From IMG/VR virus record IMGVR_UViG_3300031555_001542, positions 1 through 64,000 of that record: a stretch of DNA of 64,000 bases; one strand, 5' to 3'. The stretch is from a virus (lineage: Duplodnaviria; Caudoviricetes). Below, one piece after another: positions 8,398-19,351 of the stretch (its first letter is position 1; every line of letters starts with the position of its first letter). The notes beneath the pieces are model-generated. The model was given only the letters and a program-made list of their open reading frames with translations, did no database searches and had not been told where the DNA came from. The position numbers and the translations under genes are program-made.

Positions 8398-9435
8398 TTA
8401 GCCCCAAGTGTAATCAATGATATCATTGAAGCACAGATTTGGATTCTCAATAAACAGGTTTTTCCAGCATTCTGCCTTGGTTTCACCAGTTACAATCAGG
8501 CTGTTTTCTTTCAAGTCTCTTCCATAAATAGTCACTTCAAGCTCCAATTCATTGTCACTCATTGCAACCTTTGCAAGAGGCTCATCGTGATACTCAGAGG
8601 GACCATCAAGCAAATTCTGATAGTATTCTTCTTCCTCGTCCCAATAGTTCTGCACACTGCCATAATCACGCTTGTGGTTGTTATTGAAACTCTGCCAGCT
8701 TTTAGATGTGCTGTAAGTCTTTCTTACATATACAAAAGGCTCATCGCATTTCTCTTTGATGAGCACCTTTGCTGCATCTACGGTGTCCATCATTTCATCA
8801 TAGACAACATACTCACTGGTAGTATGTGCATTATAATAGCCAGAGGACAGATTGACTGCGCACAGCTTTGCTTCAGGCATAAGCACAGAGATGTCAGAAA
8901 AGGAACCGATTGCAAACTTGAAATTTGTTGCATCTTCAACAAAATCAACGAAGTCTTCATTACCGCAGCTATAAAAGACTGCATCATTGTTTCCCTTTCT
9001 GTCAAATTCAATCATATAATTGACACCGAGATCTTCAATATATCTGACCTCGATAGACTTGCCATCTGCGCCCGGGATTGTTTTCTTTGCCTTTATAAAC
9101 TTGTTGGCACCAACGCCGCCCTTTTCTTCCTCTTCACAAAGAAGCACAGAGCAATGCAGTTCTTTTACGATGTTCATGATGATAAAGATACCACATCTAT
9201 CATCACCACCGATGCCCTGGGGAGAGCTCAGTCTGCCATTGAAGTTGCGAATTTCTGTGCACTGCTGATGATGCACAGTATCCATATGAGCTACAAGAAG
9301 CACGGGCACATCGCCCTTAGCGTACAGAAAACCATCCTTATCAACCACACTATACTTGTGATTTGCAAGATACCCTTTCATGTACTGCTTGACTTCATGC
9401 TGAGTCATTTTGCAGATATCTTCAAAAGTTTTCAT
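8398..9435 (-). CDS. M20/M28-family Zn peptidase-like protein
   Basis: LLVAHMDTV, GGDDRCG, EEEKGG, EFDRKG and YYNAHT metal-ligand motifs. Confidence 0.8.
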   Translation of the reverse strand: MKTFEDICKMTQHEVKQYMKGYLANHKYSVVDKDGFLYAKGDVPVLLVAHMDTVHHQQCTEIRNFNGRLSSPQGIGGDDRCGIFIIMNIVKELHCSVLLCEEEEKGGVGANKFIKAKKTIPGADGKSIEVRYIEDLGVNYMIEFDRKGNNDAVFYSCGNEDFVDFVEDATNFKFAIGSFSDISVLMPEAKLCAVNLSSGYYNAHTTSEYVVYDEMMDTVDAAKVLIKEKCDEPFVYVRKTYSTSKSWQSFNNNHKRDYGSVQNYWDEEEEYYQNLLDGPSEYHDEPLAKVAMSDNELELEVTIYGRDLKENSLIVTGETKAECWKNLFIENPNLCFNDIIDYTWG

Positions 9436-9450
9436 ATTGTACCTCCGTTA

Positions 9451-10770
9451 TTAAATGTGGCATTCACTTGCATAGTAGTGATTCAGTCTGCCATGGTCAT
9501 CATATGCCTTGCCGCAATTAACACAAAGATTCATGTGACCAATAGTCATGACATGATTCTTAATGCTAGGCTCATTATTCACAGGATAGAAGACAGACAC
9601 ACCTCTGTTATGAGTGTAGTCGGCATAATGCTGAGAACCTTGAGCGCTCTTTGCATGATTTCTGCAATATTCAGGACCAACCTTGAAAGTCCAATCTCCA
9701 CCTGCTTCAAGCATGCTATCAAATTCTTCGATAACGTGCTCTCTGAACTTGTCATACAGATTTGTTGCACCATCATTTCCCTGAGGATACAATCTGTTCT
9801 GAATAAACAGATTCTTATCATAATGATACATCTGCCGATATACCTTAGGAATCTTGTGAATATCTCCCTCAATCTTTTCCACTACAAAAGTGATGATGGA
9901 AACATGGTCGAGCATATAAGAAATTGTGCCACCCATGCAGCCACCACTTTGGATGTTCTGACAGCTACGCCAGTTGATACCGAAAGACATTGTAAGATAA
10001 TCCAGAGGGTTCAGACTGATAATAAACGGCATTTTTCTTGTGAGGTTGGACATCAGGTCAGAGTATTCTGCAAAGAATTTATCATAAGGATAAACAGTCT
10101 TTTCTTGATCATTTACCACCTTAGTTTCGGGATGCAGCTTATCTACACCATAATATGCACACACCTTATTAAAGGCTCTGTTTGCCTTGGTACCCTTTTT
10201 GATTGAAACAACAACGTTATCTCCATCTTTAACATACACATCTCTTCCAACAATAGAGCCTGTATTATAAAAGAAGTTGATACAGTTATTGAACGCATCA
10301 AGCTTTTTATGAGACTGTACAGTTGCAAAGTCATCAAAATTAAACTTTTCAGTTTTCTTTTTCTTTTCTTTCTGCTGATTTTCATCGGGAAGTTCGGCAA
10401 TGCTAAGCATCTTTTTGCCAGTGTTTAAGAAATCAAACAGTGTTTTTCCGTTTTCATCCTCAAACTGCAAGATATCTCTGAGATACAGTCTTTGGAAGGC
10501 TGTATTCAAAAGATTTCGAATTGCATATATGTCGGTGTTTCTTTCAAACTCCTTTTCAACAGAAATCCGCATATCACCGATGTAATTCTTGGAAGTCATA
10601 AACAACTTGATAAGCGGTTCTTTGTTTGTGAAATACTTGTCAAGCACAGTGCACACACCATGCTCAGAATTACGATGATTATACTGCTTTAACAGCGCCA
10701 TCATATCATCAACAAGCTTATCAGTGTTGCAATACTTGCTCCACTTGGCGCTCAGTTCCTGCTTATTCAT
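9451..10770 (-). CDS. Hypothetical phage protein (439 aa)
   Basis: Long ORF translationally coupled to the upstream gene; ISLNPLDYLTMS..WRSC motif. Confidence 0.8.
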   Translation of the reverse strand: MNKQELSAKWSKYCNTDKLVDDMMALLKQYNHRNSEHGVCTVLDKYFTNKEPLIKLFMTSKNYIGDMRISVEKEFERNTDIYAIRNLLNTAFQRLYLRDILQFEDENGKTLFDFLNTGKKMLSIAELPDENQQKEKKKKTEKFNFDDFATVQSHKKLDAFNNCINFFYNTGSIVGRDVYVKDGDNVVVSIKKGTKANRAFNKVCAYYGVDKLHPETKVVNDQEKTVYPYDKFFAEYSDLMSNLTRKMPFIISLNPLDYLTMSFGINWRSCQNIQSGGCMGGTISYMLDHVSIITFVVEKIEGDIHKIPKVYRQMYHYDKNLFIQNRLYPQGNDGATNLYDKFREHVIEEFDSMLEAGGDWTFKVGPEYCRNHAKSAQGSQHYADYTHNRGVSVFYPVNNEPSIKNHVMTIGHMNLCVNCGKAYDDHGRLNHYYASECHI

Positions 10771-11576
10771 TTGCCTTTTTCCTCCTTGTAGAGTGCTGCG
10801 ATTTTTGCCTTTGCTGCGCTGTATTTACTCTCAGACATATCATGAGGCATATCTTCCGCATAAGTAGAATTAAAATTGAAAAACAGCTTGTCATATTTGG
10901 CAGAGTAGTATGCCTTATATCTGTGATTTCTTACTTTGATACAGAAGTGGTCAATAATACCAAGCTCATTGACATAAGCCTTTACAGTATTACGAACCTT
11001 TAAGTCATACTCAAAGAAATCATTTCTTTTTCCTTCGCATACGATCCCCTTTTCAGACAGCACATCAACAGTTGCATGCTTGTCAAAGGGGTCGGGATAC
11101 TCTGTAAAAATATCTTTGATTTTCTTGACACCACTATTGCGACATCTATAAAACTTACAGATACTCTTGGCTGCTTCAGAGTCAATGGATGTAGAGTTAT
11201 ACCACTGACGACCACATGTTAACTTTGCAACATAAGTTTCTGTTACCACATAATCATTGTTTTGATTTTTGTCATATTCTACTTTAGTAGTGACAATTTT
11301 GCCTCTTCTCATATCGCCACATTTAAAGCAATCTCTCTTCGCCTCTTCTGCGGCAAAATGTGCTTCGATGCTCTCAGGGTCGTCTTTAATAACTGCGCCA
11401 CAATAGCTGCAAATCACGCTTCCAGCTCTGTTGTCATCCTTGACTGCTAAGATGTCTGTTTCATCCATACAGAGCTCGCCATATAAGGAATGGTCTATAT
11501 AGAATTTATTATTCTTATATTTTGCATCCATCCAAACGTAATATTTGCCGTCCCAGTTTCTGAGTAGGATCTTCAT
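10767..11576 (-). CDS. Hypothetical Cys-rich protein
   Basis: 269-aa ORF with CSYC and CFKC. Confidence 0.75.
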   Translation of the reverse strand: MKILLRNWDGKYYVWMDAKYKNNKFYIDHSLYGELCMDETDILAVKDDNRAGSVICSYCGAVIKDDPESIEAHFAAEEAKRDCFKCGDMRRGKIVTTKVEYDKNQNNDYVVTETYVAKLTCGRQWYNSTSIDSEAAKSICKFYRCRNSGVKKIKDIFTEYPDPFDKHATVDVLSEKGIVCEGKRNDFFEYDLKVRNTVKAYVNELGIIDHFCIKVRNHRYKAYYSAKYDKLFFNFNSTYAEDMPHDMSESKYSAAKAKIAALYKEEKGK

Positions 11577-11740
11577 TTGTTTTCCTTTCTGTCATAGACC
11601 TTGATGTTATACATTCAACTTATGTTTTACTGCATAATCTCTGATTTCATTGTCAGCTTCTTTCCAAGTGTCAGCTGAACAGTAAAACTTTCCATTGATA
11701 TGCACTTCAAAGTGCCCATGAATGGGCACAATTCTGTAAC

Positions 11741-12244
11741 TCATGCTACCTCCTTTCCTTCATCATCCAGAGCTTCACGCTCAATTTCTGCCGCCATCAG
11801 ATTCTTTTCTGCTTCTGCCAGCTGTGCAGCAATGCGGTCACGAATTGCCTTGCAGCGCTCAACCTTTGCGTCTGCCTTAGCAACGGCTGCATCATGCTTT
11901 TCCTTTGCGATGCGAATCTTTTCCTGTTCTGCCTGATATGCCTGCCACTTCTTTGCATCTTCTTCGATTGCTGCGGTTTCACGCAGACGAGTAACGATTG
12001 CATCCAGACTTTCGTTTACACGAGAGAGATAGCAGTAATGCTTTCCGCCAACTGTTCTACGCAAGCCTCTCAGATGCATAGAAAGGTTATTATAATGTAC
12101 ACCTTTCTTTTCTGCTGCATCCATCAAACTGGCAAACACCTCACCAGTTTCAAGACAAATAACGGGCTTGTTGTTTTTCTGAGTATGAATTCCTTCTGCC
12201 TTGATGTTTGCTTCGTGCTGCATGTTAATAGTAGTCTTTTTCAT
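11741..12244 (-). CDS. NUMOD1-like HTH DNA-binding protein with C-terminal coiled coil
   Basis: KPVICLETGEVFASLMDAAEKKGV..RTVGGKHYCY; Ala/Glu/Lys-rich tail; start moved to MKKTT behind the RBS. Confidence 0.65.
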   Translation of the reverse strand: MKKTTINMQHEANIKAEGIHTQKNNKPVICLETGEVFASLMDAAEKKGVHYNNLSMHLRGLRRTVGGKHYCYLSRVNESLDAIVTRLRETAAIEEDAKKWQAYQAEQEKIRIAKEKHDAAVAKADAKVERCKAIRDRIAAQLAEAEKNLMAAEIEREALDDEGKEVA

Positions 12245-12343
12245 AATATATATCTCCATTTCTAGCCTGTGGCTGTAATGTATTATTGTCAAATTTAGAT
12301 AATGGAATGGGAGCCCCTTATTCAGAGGCTCCCGATGCGAAGA

Positions 12344-12895
12344 TTACTGCATGGAATTGCGCTTAGCGGTGATGGTTGCGGCATCATTGGTGATTTCGGT
12401 TACGAACTTAACTGCCTTGGCAACCAGAACAGTGTTGTTGGGATTGCGGTGCTGATAGTCAGTTGCCTTGACCAGTGCCTTGACCTTAAAGAAGCGATTC
12501 TTGAAGTCATAGTCATATTCCTTGAAGCAATGCTTCAGGTCAGTGCACACATGGAAGCCCTTCTTACCCAGGACAAGCTTGCCATTGTAATTCTCTTCAA
12601 CGTTCATGCGATAGATCTTGCCCTTGCAGGTCATGTTGGCATCGGTTGCCTTGTAAGCATCAACCCAGATGTATTCCTGCTCGACTGCTTCAAAGAAGCG
12701 GTCATCAACCTGATACTTCTTACCGACCTTGCTGGGGTCTGCGTGCTCAACCACTTCGATGGTGATGTTGTTGCCGTTTGCCTTACGAGGGAAGGTCTTA
12801 ACAACCTTTGCCTTGCGCAGAACGGAATTGCCACATACGGAGTACTCGGAATCGGCGGTGGGCAGAGGACGGACGACAGTATTGATAGTAAACAT
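12344..12895 (-). CDS. Hypothetical phage protein
   Basis: AYKATDANMTCKG..Y and GFHVC motif seen in many phage proteins. Confidence 0.75.
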   Translation of the reverse strand: MFTINTVVRPLPTADSEYSVCGNSVLRKAKVVKTFPRKANGNNITIEVVEHADPSKVGKKYQVDDRFFEAVEQEYIWVDAYKATDANMTCKGKIYRMNVEENYNGKLVLGKKGFHVCTDLKHCFKEYDYDFKNRFFKVKALVKATDYQHRNPNNTVLVAKAVKFVTEITNDAATITAKRNSMQ

Positions 12896-13016
12896 AATTA
12901 AATCTCCTTTTAATAAATAAGTTTTGTCATTTGTTTTTTTTCACTCGGCAGGTTGTACATTAGATATGATTGATGGTTACTACTTCATTGGACTCATTCC
13001 TTTCTGTTTAGTTTTG

Positions 13017-13074
13017 AGTTTAGCACTCATTCTTACCCACCAGACTAGCTGATGGGCAAGGTCAGAGCTAAACT
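13017..13074 (-). promoter_or_regulatory. Intergenic hairpin family, copy B
   Basis: agtttagc..cttacccaccag/ctgatgggcaag..gctaaact. Confidence 0.6.
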
Positions 13075-13467
13075 TTATACATCCAGTGCACTCAGCATTG
13101 CCTGCAGTTCCTCAACGGATTTACCCTGCAGTGCCTCATCCTGCTTATTAGCAATCAGCTCCTGCAGTCGGCGCTTATACTCTCGCTTGTCAGCGTCCTT
13201 CTTGCGCTGCACAGCCTCTTCCTGCTTGGTCTTTACGATATGCTTGACGATTTCAATCTTTGCATCCAGAATGGTTTCCTCAGCAGACTTAGTAGCCAGC
13301 AGACTCTCTTCCTTTGCCTGCTTAACTTCTGCGTTCAGAGCCTTGAACACAACATCAAGATTCTGCACACTCAAGTCCCACAGGTCTTCGACAGAAATCA
13401 TGCCCCTAAAGGGGAAGCGAAACTTCTTACGGGTTGCCATCTCGAACAGGTTAATAGTCTTTTCCAT
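13075..13467 (-). CDS. Hypothetical coiled-coil phage protein
   Basis: 130-aa ORF with RBS, adjacent to the 682-aa gene. Confidence 0.8.
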   Translation of the reverse strand: MEKTINLFEMATRKKFRFPFRGMISVEDLWDLSVQNLDVVFKALNAEVKQAKEESLLATKSAEETILDAKIEIVKHIVKTKQEEAVQRKKDADKREYKRRLQELIANKQDEALQGKSVEELQAMLSALDV

Positions 13468-13490
13468 AATGGTTGTCTCCTTTTTTATTA

Positions 13491-15539
13491 TTAAAATTTG
13501 ATTCTCATGATTCGTTCGGTCTGACCCTTGACCTTAACGACCAAATCATTTCTCTTTGTAGAGCTAAAGCCCAGACCAGACAGCTGATCTTCAACAGATT
13601 CAACAGCCATCTTGCCGCCAAGAGCTTCGAAAACTCTCTTGTGCTGAGCCAGTTCATTCTTCAGGAATTCGTTATAGAATCCGTTGGGATTTTCATTGTT
13701 GACGCAATCCTTCAGCATGAACATATAATGCTTATGCCCGATACCCTGCTGTTCATCCCAGTAGTTGGGAGAGTACATGACTACGGACACAGGCACAAAC
13801 TGATTGGTCTTCAGATTCCATACATCTCTGGAAGATACGTTAGAGGGAAGCAGTTCCTTGATAGAGAAGTTTCCGTTTGCATCCAGAGTTACTTCTGCAA
13901 CATTGACTACGTTGCCAGTGTGCATTGCCTTGCTGTAATCAAAGGCATATACAGTTCCATCAAATTCAATTTCTGCTCTGAATCCATTCTTTGCGCTGCC
14001 AGAGAACTGATGCACAAAGAACCGATATGTGCCAGGATGCATTGTCTTTCTGTTGGCCCATGTGATATTTTCGACTGCAACATTTCCATGGGGATTGATA
14101 ATGTCAACGTCAAGCTGACCCTTTGTGGGAGAGAGACTAGGCTTTCTTGCAGAGCCATAATAGATTTCATATCCATTGGCTTCCTTACAATGTGCATCAA
14201 GGTCACAGTTGTCCTTACCATCTTCATTCCACTGGATAGAGAATCTCAAATCTCCATCTACCTTACCGCCTGCGCTCTTGACACGCTCCTTCATATCACT
14301 GTCAGTGATGTTGCCACTATATGCCCAAGAGAATCCATTGTTCCACTTGAACATAGTCTGTGCATCTGCGTTCTTGGGCGCAATCAGAGAAACCATGCTG
14401 GGAGCATGTCTGTTTTCCAGATATGCCTCAATAGACTTTGCGGTAGGCAGTACATCAGAGATAAACTTCTCAATAGCAATCTCTTCCACCCTGGAGAATC
14501 TCTTAGGAGAGTTGGTTGCTTCTGCCATCATTGCACCGAATACGTCTGTTGCGTCGGCAATTCGCTTTGCTGCGTCTCTGTTAGAGAACAGAATGTTGTT
14601 CACACTGATATCATCCAGAGTTGCAAAGCGACGGGGCAGAGACTCCATGTAGCCCAGCTCTGTGATAGTCTTCTGTGCATCTTCCAGCATCTTCTTGGTA
14701 AAGATTGCCTTGGGGCGCTTATAGTTTGCAGGTGCGGTCATGACTTCATACTTCTTAACTGCAACCTCAAGGTCAGTTCCCTCACTCACATCAACCAGCA
14801 GAGTGCCAATGCTGTGATTGCGAATACGACCAACGGTCATGCCTGCTTCCTTTGCGTGTTCCCATGCAAAGTTTACCTTTTCATCGTGAGAAAGAGTGTC
14901 ATAAATTCGCTTGTACTGAAGGAACTGCTGAAGCACTGCCTTCCATTCAGTTCCCTTATACAGAGTATTGGAAGCAATAAGTTCCAAAATAGTTAGAACT
15001 GCTTCTTCACTGATTTCATCCAGAGAACGCTTGAACACATTTCTGGTGTCTCTGAAAGAGCCCTGGATATCTCCGATGGAGCGAGCAGAGCGGTCAACAA
15101 ACTTCTGAGGCAGATCCAGATAGAAATGGTCCCAGGTAATTACCTTGCCACCCTCAACAGTTTCATGGTTTCTGTTAGTGCCGATAGAATTGAACTTGCT
15201 GACATATATATTGGTGACTGCCTTTGCCTTGAGATAGGCATCCAGCGCATTGATAACAGTCTGCCAAGTGGTGTCACCAACAGTGAACTCCCACATGGTA
15301 CGAATCTTGTTATTCTTGATAGTAACTGCGTTACCAATTGCCTTGATGAAGTGACGACAACAGCTACAATCAAACTCTCTGCGCTCTCTGTAGATTTCGT
15401 TTGTGCCTGCGGGGAAGCTGTCAAGGTACAGATTCCAGAATTCATCCTTGTCGATTTCGATTTCAAACAAGGTGTCTGCATCCTTTACCATGTCAGCAAA
15501 GTTCTGTTGGAAAAACCTCTTGAATTCAGTAAATTCCAT
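13491..15539 (-). CDS. Large phage protein with C-terminal YfaP/DUF2135-like domain
   Basis: DLDAH..GQLDVD..VENITW..GTYRFFVHQF signature; start MEFTEF follows an AAAGGA RBS. Confidence 0.7.
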   Translation of the reverse strand: MEFTEFKRFFQQNFADMVKDADTLFEIEIDKDEFWNLYLDSFPAGTNEIYRERREFDCSCCRHFIKAIGNAVTIKNNKIRTMWEFTVGDTTWQTVINALDAYLKAKAVTNIYVSKFNSIGTNRNHETVEGGKVITWDHFYLDLPQKFVDRSARSIGDIQGSFRDTRNVFKRSLDEISEEAVLTILELIASNTLYKGTEWKAVLQQFLQYKRIYDTLSHDEKVNFAWEHAKEAGMTVGRIRNHSIGTLLVDVSEGTDLEVAVKKYEVMTAPANYKRPKAIFTKKMLEDAQKTITELGYMESLPRRFATLDDISVNNILFSNRDAAKRIADATDVFGAMMAEATNSPKRFSRVEEIAIEKFISDVLPTAKSIEAYLENRHAPSMVSLIAPKNADAQTMFKWNNGFSWAYSGNITDSDMKERVKSAGGKVDGDLRFSIQWNEDGKDNCDLDAHCKEANGYEIYYGSARKPSLSPTKGQLDVDIINPHGNVAVENITWANRKTMHPGTYRFFVHQFSGSAKNGFRAEIEFDGTVYAFDYSKAMHTGNVVNVAEVTLDANGNFSIKELLPSNVSSRDVWNLKTNQFVPVSVVMYSPNYWDEQQGIGHKHYMFMLKDCVNNENPNGFYNEFLKNELAQHKRVFEALGGKMAVESVEDQLSGLGFSSTKRNDLVVKVKGQTERIMRIKF

Positions 15540-15570
15540 GGTGTTTTTTGTCCTTTCTTTTGTTGATTTG

Positions 15571-15625
15571 AGCTTAACACTCACTGTTGCCCACCATATA
15601 GATGGGCAACTATCAATGTTAAACT
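15571..15625 (-). promoter_or_regulatory. Intergenic hairpin family, copy C
   Basis: agcttaacactca..gttgcccacc/gatgggcaac..tcaatgttaaact. Confidence 0.6.
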
Positions 15626-15629
15626 TACA

Positions 15630-16121
15630 TTATAACTTGAAGTCAGGATGTGCTTCCATGAAAGGCTTGATGATTTCTTTGATTGCGTTTTCAGCAATTT
15701 GCTGAGAGATAAAGAAAACTCTGCCTAGGCTATGAAGATTATATGTCCAGGATGTTTCCAATCGGTCATCACTGACGATGTAATATTTCCGTTGCACTTC
15801 GTTGTTCCAGTCCAACTTATCTCCGTCATGCTCCATGGAATAACGCCACAGCAAACGATTCAAGATTTCATGATATGCTCTTTGTTGCATGAGGTTGCGG
15901 TCAGTGCAGTAATTTGCAACGGAATAAATCATATTACTATGAGTTGAATTTGCATTGCAATTCATTCCTAGGTCTCCACATTCGGAAATGTAATAAATTA
16001 CCTCTCCTTCATGTAATTGCCTTGTAAACGGATTAGGTTTTTTAACTTCAATTCCGAGTGCTTTAAGCTGTTCAGGAGTTAAGTCAGCTTTCTTTCCGTT
16101 GATGACAATGTAATTTTCCAT
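15630..16121 (-). CDS. Hypothetical protein, paralogue of 32840-33340
   Basis: Shares an ANY..D..A..L.R...EH pattern with 32840-33340. Confidence 0.7.
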   Translation of the reverse strand: MENYIVINGKKADLTPEQLKALGIEVKKPNPFTRQLHEGEVIYYISECGDLGMNCNANSTHSNMIYSVANYCTDRNLMQQRAYHEILNRLLWRYSMEHDGDKLDWNNEVQRKYYIVSDDRLETSWTYNLHSLGRVFFISQQIAENAIKEIIKPFMEAHPDFKL

Positions 16122-16351
16122 AGCTGCATCTCCTTATTTGTCCCAATGCCGTGCAATGATGCTGAGGATTGCGTTGTCGATGGTTACTTGCGTTGTCAGA
16201 GTATTGAGATGTGCAACCTCTTCTTCCGTTGGCTCAATGCAAAAATCACGTCTCAGAATTTTCAACTTTGCCTTGAGATATTGTTCAGGAGTTTTGAAAA
16301 CTGGAGAGTGAGAGTTGATGTATGGGTCGTAGCTCATATGTTTATCCTCCC

Positions 16352-16681
16352 TTACATAGGCTCAGCCAAGCACTTGGCCATATTTCTACACTCGACAACG
16401 CTTACCATGAACTTATCGAACTTGCCATCCAGCGCCATCTGCACATAGCTCAGAATTTTGCGTTTCTCTTCGTTGGTGAGCAGATTGTAAAGCTCATAAA
16501 CTTCGTTTTCTTCGTTGCAATGCTCAATCTTGCAGAGCACATTGAAAGCGCCACCAAGGATTTTGTCATTTACCTTGCCGCTACGGATGATGTAACCTGC
16601 GAGGGCTCGCTGTGCATCGGTTACTGCTTTCTTGTACAGGGTGAGGGTATCATAGGTGTGGTGATTGATTTTAATAGTCAT
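16352..16681 (-). CDS. Hypothetical protein
   Basis: ORF with AAAGGA RBS. Confidence 0.7.
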   Translation of the reverse strand: MTIKINHHTYDTLTLYKKAVTDAQRALAGYIIRSGKVNDKILGGAFNVLCKIEHCNEENEVYELYNLLTNEEKRKILSYVQMALDGKFDKFMVSVVECRNMAKCLAEPM

Positions 16682-16699
16682 GGTTATGTTTCCTTTCTG

Positions 16700-17086
16700 T
16701 TAGAATTCAATAGCATTGAGTTTTTCCATCAGTTCTGCCTTGGTGCCACCCAGTTCCAGTTCTACAATAATGTCGAGAACTGTCTGTCTTGCCTTGTTGT
16801 GGATTTCTTCATACACTTTGCGGTATTCCTTGCACTCAGGCAAAGTGTGTTCGTGACAGCGTTCAAAATACGCACGAGGTCTGGTTCCCTTGATGTCCAA
16901 CTGATATTTGTTGACAAACTGGTCCACATAGACCTGGCACATATCCTCTGCATTTTTCTTGTCTTTCTGGAAGTCCTCGATTGCCTTAATTTTCTTCTGT
17001 TCCAACTCTGCAAGCTTGGGAGACTGCTTTGCTTTTGCGAATACCTGTTCCTCAATGTATTCACGAATATTCTTAGTAACTCTCAT
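16700..17086 (-). CDS. Hypothetical protein
   Basis: ORF overlapping the upstream stop codon. Confidence 0.7.
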   Translation of the reverse strand: MRVTKNIREYIEEQVFAKAKQSPKLAELEQKKIKAIEDFQKDKKNAEDMCQVYVDQFVNKYQLDIKGTRPRAYFERCHEHTLPECKEYRKVYEEIHNKARQTVLDIIVELELGGTKAELMEKLNAIEF

Positions 17087-17433
17087 TTTGTCATTTCCTT
17101 TCTGCTGTATTGCATTGTGTAAGCTTCTGATGTGAAATAACAGTCGCCAGTTATTTTGAAACCAACCTTTTCATAAAGCTTGATTGCAATTTCATTTGTC
17201 TTGTAGACATATAGCACAAGAGGCTTGTCAGGCTTGAACTGCGAGAGGAATTCTGTTAACATCTGTGTGCCATATCCCTTGTTACGGTATCGTCTAATTA
17301 CTTTAAGTGACCAGATTTCAAACTTATCACTTCTCTCTTTGAGGTCAAATTGTCCTGTGTAAGTTTTTCCCTTTGGGTTTCGCTTATAACCAAAACACTG
17401 GGTGCATCCTCCGCTCCAATAACATTCTGTCAT
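17083..17433 (-). CDS. GNAT-family acetyltransferase
   Basis: YRNKGYGTQML acetyl-CoA motif A and N..AIKLYEKVGF motif B. Confidence 0.85.
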   Translation of the reverse strand: MTECYWSGGCTQCFGYKRNPKGKTYTGQFDLKERSDKFEIWSLKVIRRYRNKGYGTQMLTEFLSQFKPDKPLVLYVYKTNEIAIKLYEKVGFKITGDCYFTSEAYTMQYSRKEMTK

Positions 17434-17445
17434 AATGTACCTCCA

Positions 17446-17856
17446 TTAAAGTGTGCGTCCTTCAAGAAGTTCAGAACGCTTCAACGGACAGTTCTCTTCT
17501 GTGCAGCTAGGATAGTGTGCCCAATGCCTCCACTTATTTGTGCTGGATGGCTTTGACTCAGAATATGCCTTACAGCATACACCTACATTAGGAAGCGGAA
17601 AGAAATATTCACATACTTCAATTTCCTTTTTTACATACCAACCATCCTGCCATTCCTTACCATCTCTTAATCTGATTCCGTTATGACCAATCCACTTATT
17701 GGTTGTAGATTCCCAATCTTCAAAGAGATATCCATTTTCGTCATAAACATATCCCTCATATCCATAGTAGATATATTCATCATCAGCAAAGAGTGAATGA
17801 GAGATTTGGTGATAGGGATTTGCTTTGATGTAAGCAATCATTTCGCTTAGTGTCAT
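17446..17856 (-). CDS. Hypothetical protein
   Basis: ORF track. Confidence 0.65.
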   Translation of the reverse strand: MTLSEMIAYIKANPYHQISHSLFADDEYIYYGYEGYVYDENGYLFEDWESTTNKWIGHNGIRLRDGKEWQDGWYVKKEIEVCEYFFPLPNVGVCCKAYSESKPSSTNKWRHWAHYPSCTEENCPLKRSELLEGRTL

Positions 17857-17863
17857 ATACAGT

Positions 17864-18301
17864 TCACCCTATCTTTTCGTTTAAGATTATAGTAGACGTT
17901 TGCACTTCCCCAAATTTAGTTTCCGTTACAATTTCCACAGTTACAACATCTCCAACATTAAGTTGGGCATATTCTTTCTCTTCTACCTTAATGATGTGTT
18001 TGCTGTTTACTGTTATATAGCAATCATATTGCTCATCATTTGAATTGGCGTTCGTAATTTCGCATTTGGTTATTTTCATTTGCACAACATCTGTTGTGAT
18101 TGTCGTGTTTGCCTTTTCTATTTCTGTTGCACCACATCCAAATGCAATGGAAATAATCAATGCAACGAATGTTATTATCAACAATTCTTGTATGTTGCAT
18201 TCCGACAAAATAAATAGGACAAAGCTTACAAACGCAGCCAGTCCAAACAATACATTCAGCACGAAAAACACAATATACCAAAACATTTTATTTCCCTCCA
18301 T
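17864..18301 (-). CDS. Membrane protein
   Basis: Two N-terminal hydrophobic helices. Confidence 0.7.
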   Translation of the reverse strand: MEGNKMFWYIVFFVLNVLFGLAAFVSFVLFILSECNIQELLIITFVALIISIAFGCGATEIEKANTTITTDVVQMKITKCEITNANSNDEQYDCYITVNSKHIIKVEEKEYAQLNVGDVVTVEIVTETKFGEVQTSTIILNEKIG

Positions 18302-19351
18302 TTGAAATTATGTTTCCGTTACATCAGCCAATTTCTTCAATGTAACGTCTACAGCAAGGGCATTTTAGTGCATTCTCATTTGCGTCATACCCTTCTTCCA
18401 TAAAGAAGTTGAATCCACAGTATTCACATTCATAGTCAAACATAAAGATTTCCCTTTCTAGCCTTACATTCACAGAACACTTGCATTCCACGAATGAAAT
18501 GATTTCCGTTGTTTGCCTTGCAGTGCTTTTGCAACCACTTAACTGCTTCCGTTGTGGTCATGCGTTTGCGCAGATAGATTTTGAGGTTGCCTACCATGAT
18601 GTAGGTGTTCCATTTTTTATTGTTGTACATTTGCCTTACCCCTTACGGCCCAATTCCCATTCAGCTCTCCACAAAAAATCCCTTACGGAGCGCTTGATGT
18701 TTTTGAAAGAATGGTTGAGTTCTGCCGCAATGTAGCGTGCCGCAGATATGATGATTGCCAGGGCAAAGAATGCAGTAGGCAAAACTGCAAGAATTAAGAG
18801 AAGTGTTTTCATTTGCCTTACCTCCTGTTGTCAATTAGGGCAAAGCCCATAATGAAACGCCTAAGTTTTATTTCCCTTAGGCGCTTGATATAGGTTTCGC
18901 TTAGTGAACAAACATTTCTGTTACAAGTTGGTTGACATATGCAATTGCACATTTGTCACAGCTTATAAATTTCCCTTGAGTTGCGCAGATTTCACAGCTT
19001 CTTTCTAATGATCTATGTGCCTCCCTTGCGCTCCTTGAACTATATTGTCTGTCAATACCTCTCTGTTCAAACATTGTCATATTGATTACCTCCCTTTCTT
19101 GGCTACCTTACAGCCAACTAATCCAATAAACATTATGACTAAACCTAAGATGACAAAAAGTATTGTTTGCGTTAGACTTATAGTATTTAAGTCAGTGCTT
19201 CCTGCAGCGCCAATGATGATGAAAAGCCCAACGGAAACAATACATTCAAATAATGTTTTCATTTCCCTTGCTCCTTTCTATGGGATAAAGCCCATAAGAA
19301 AACACCCAAAGGTTTTGCCTTTCGGCTCCCTTGGGTGCTTTATTGTGAGTT

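Noticed and set aside
8587-14996. Long + strand ORFs (8587-10206, 12302-12901, 13473-14996)
   Set aside because: Antisense shadows of well-supported - strand genes with biased codon use
7880-15625. Kink-turn (box C/D) reading of the repeated hairpins
   Set aside because: CUGA/GAUG is present in one copy only and there is no 3-nt bulge; the conserved feature is a G.G mismatch
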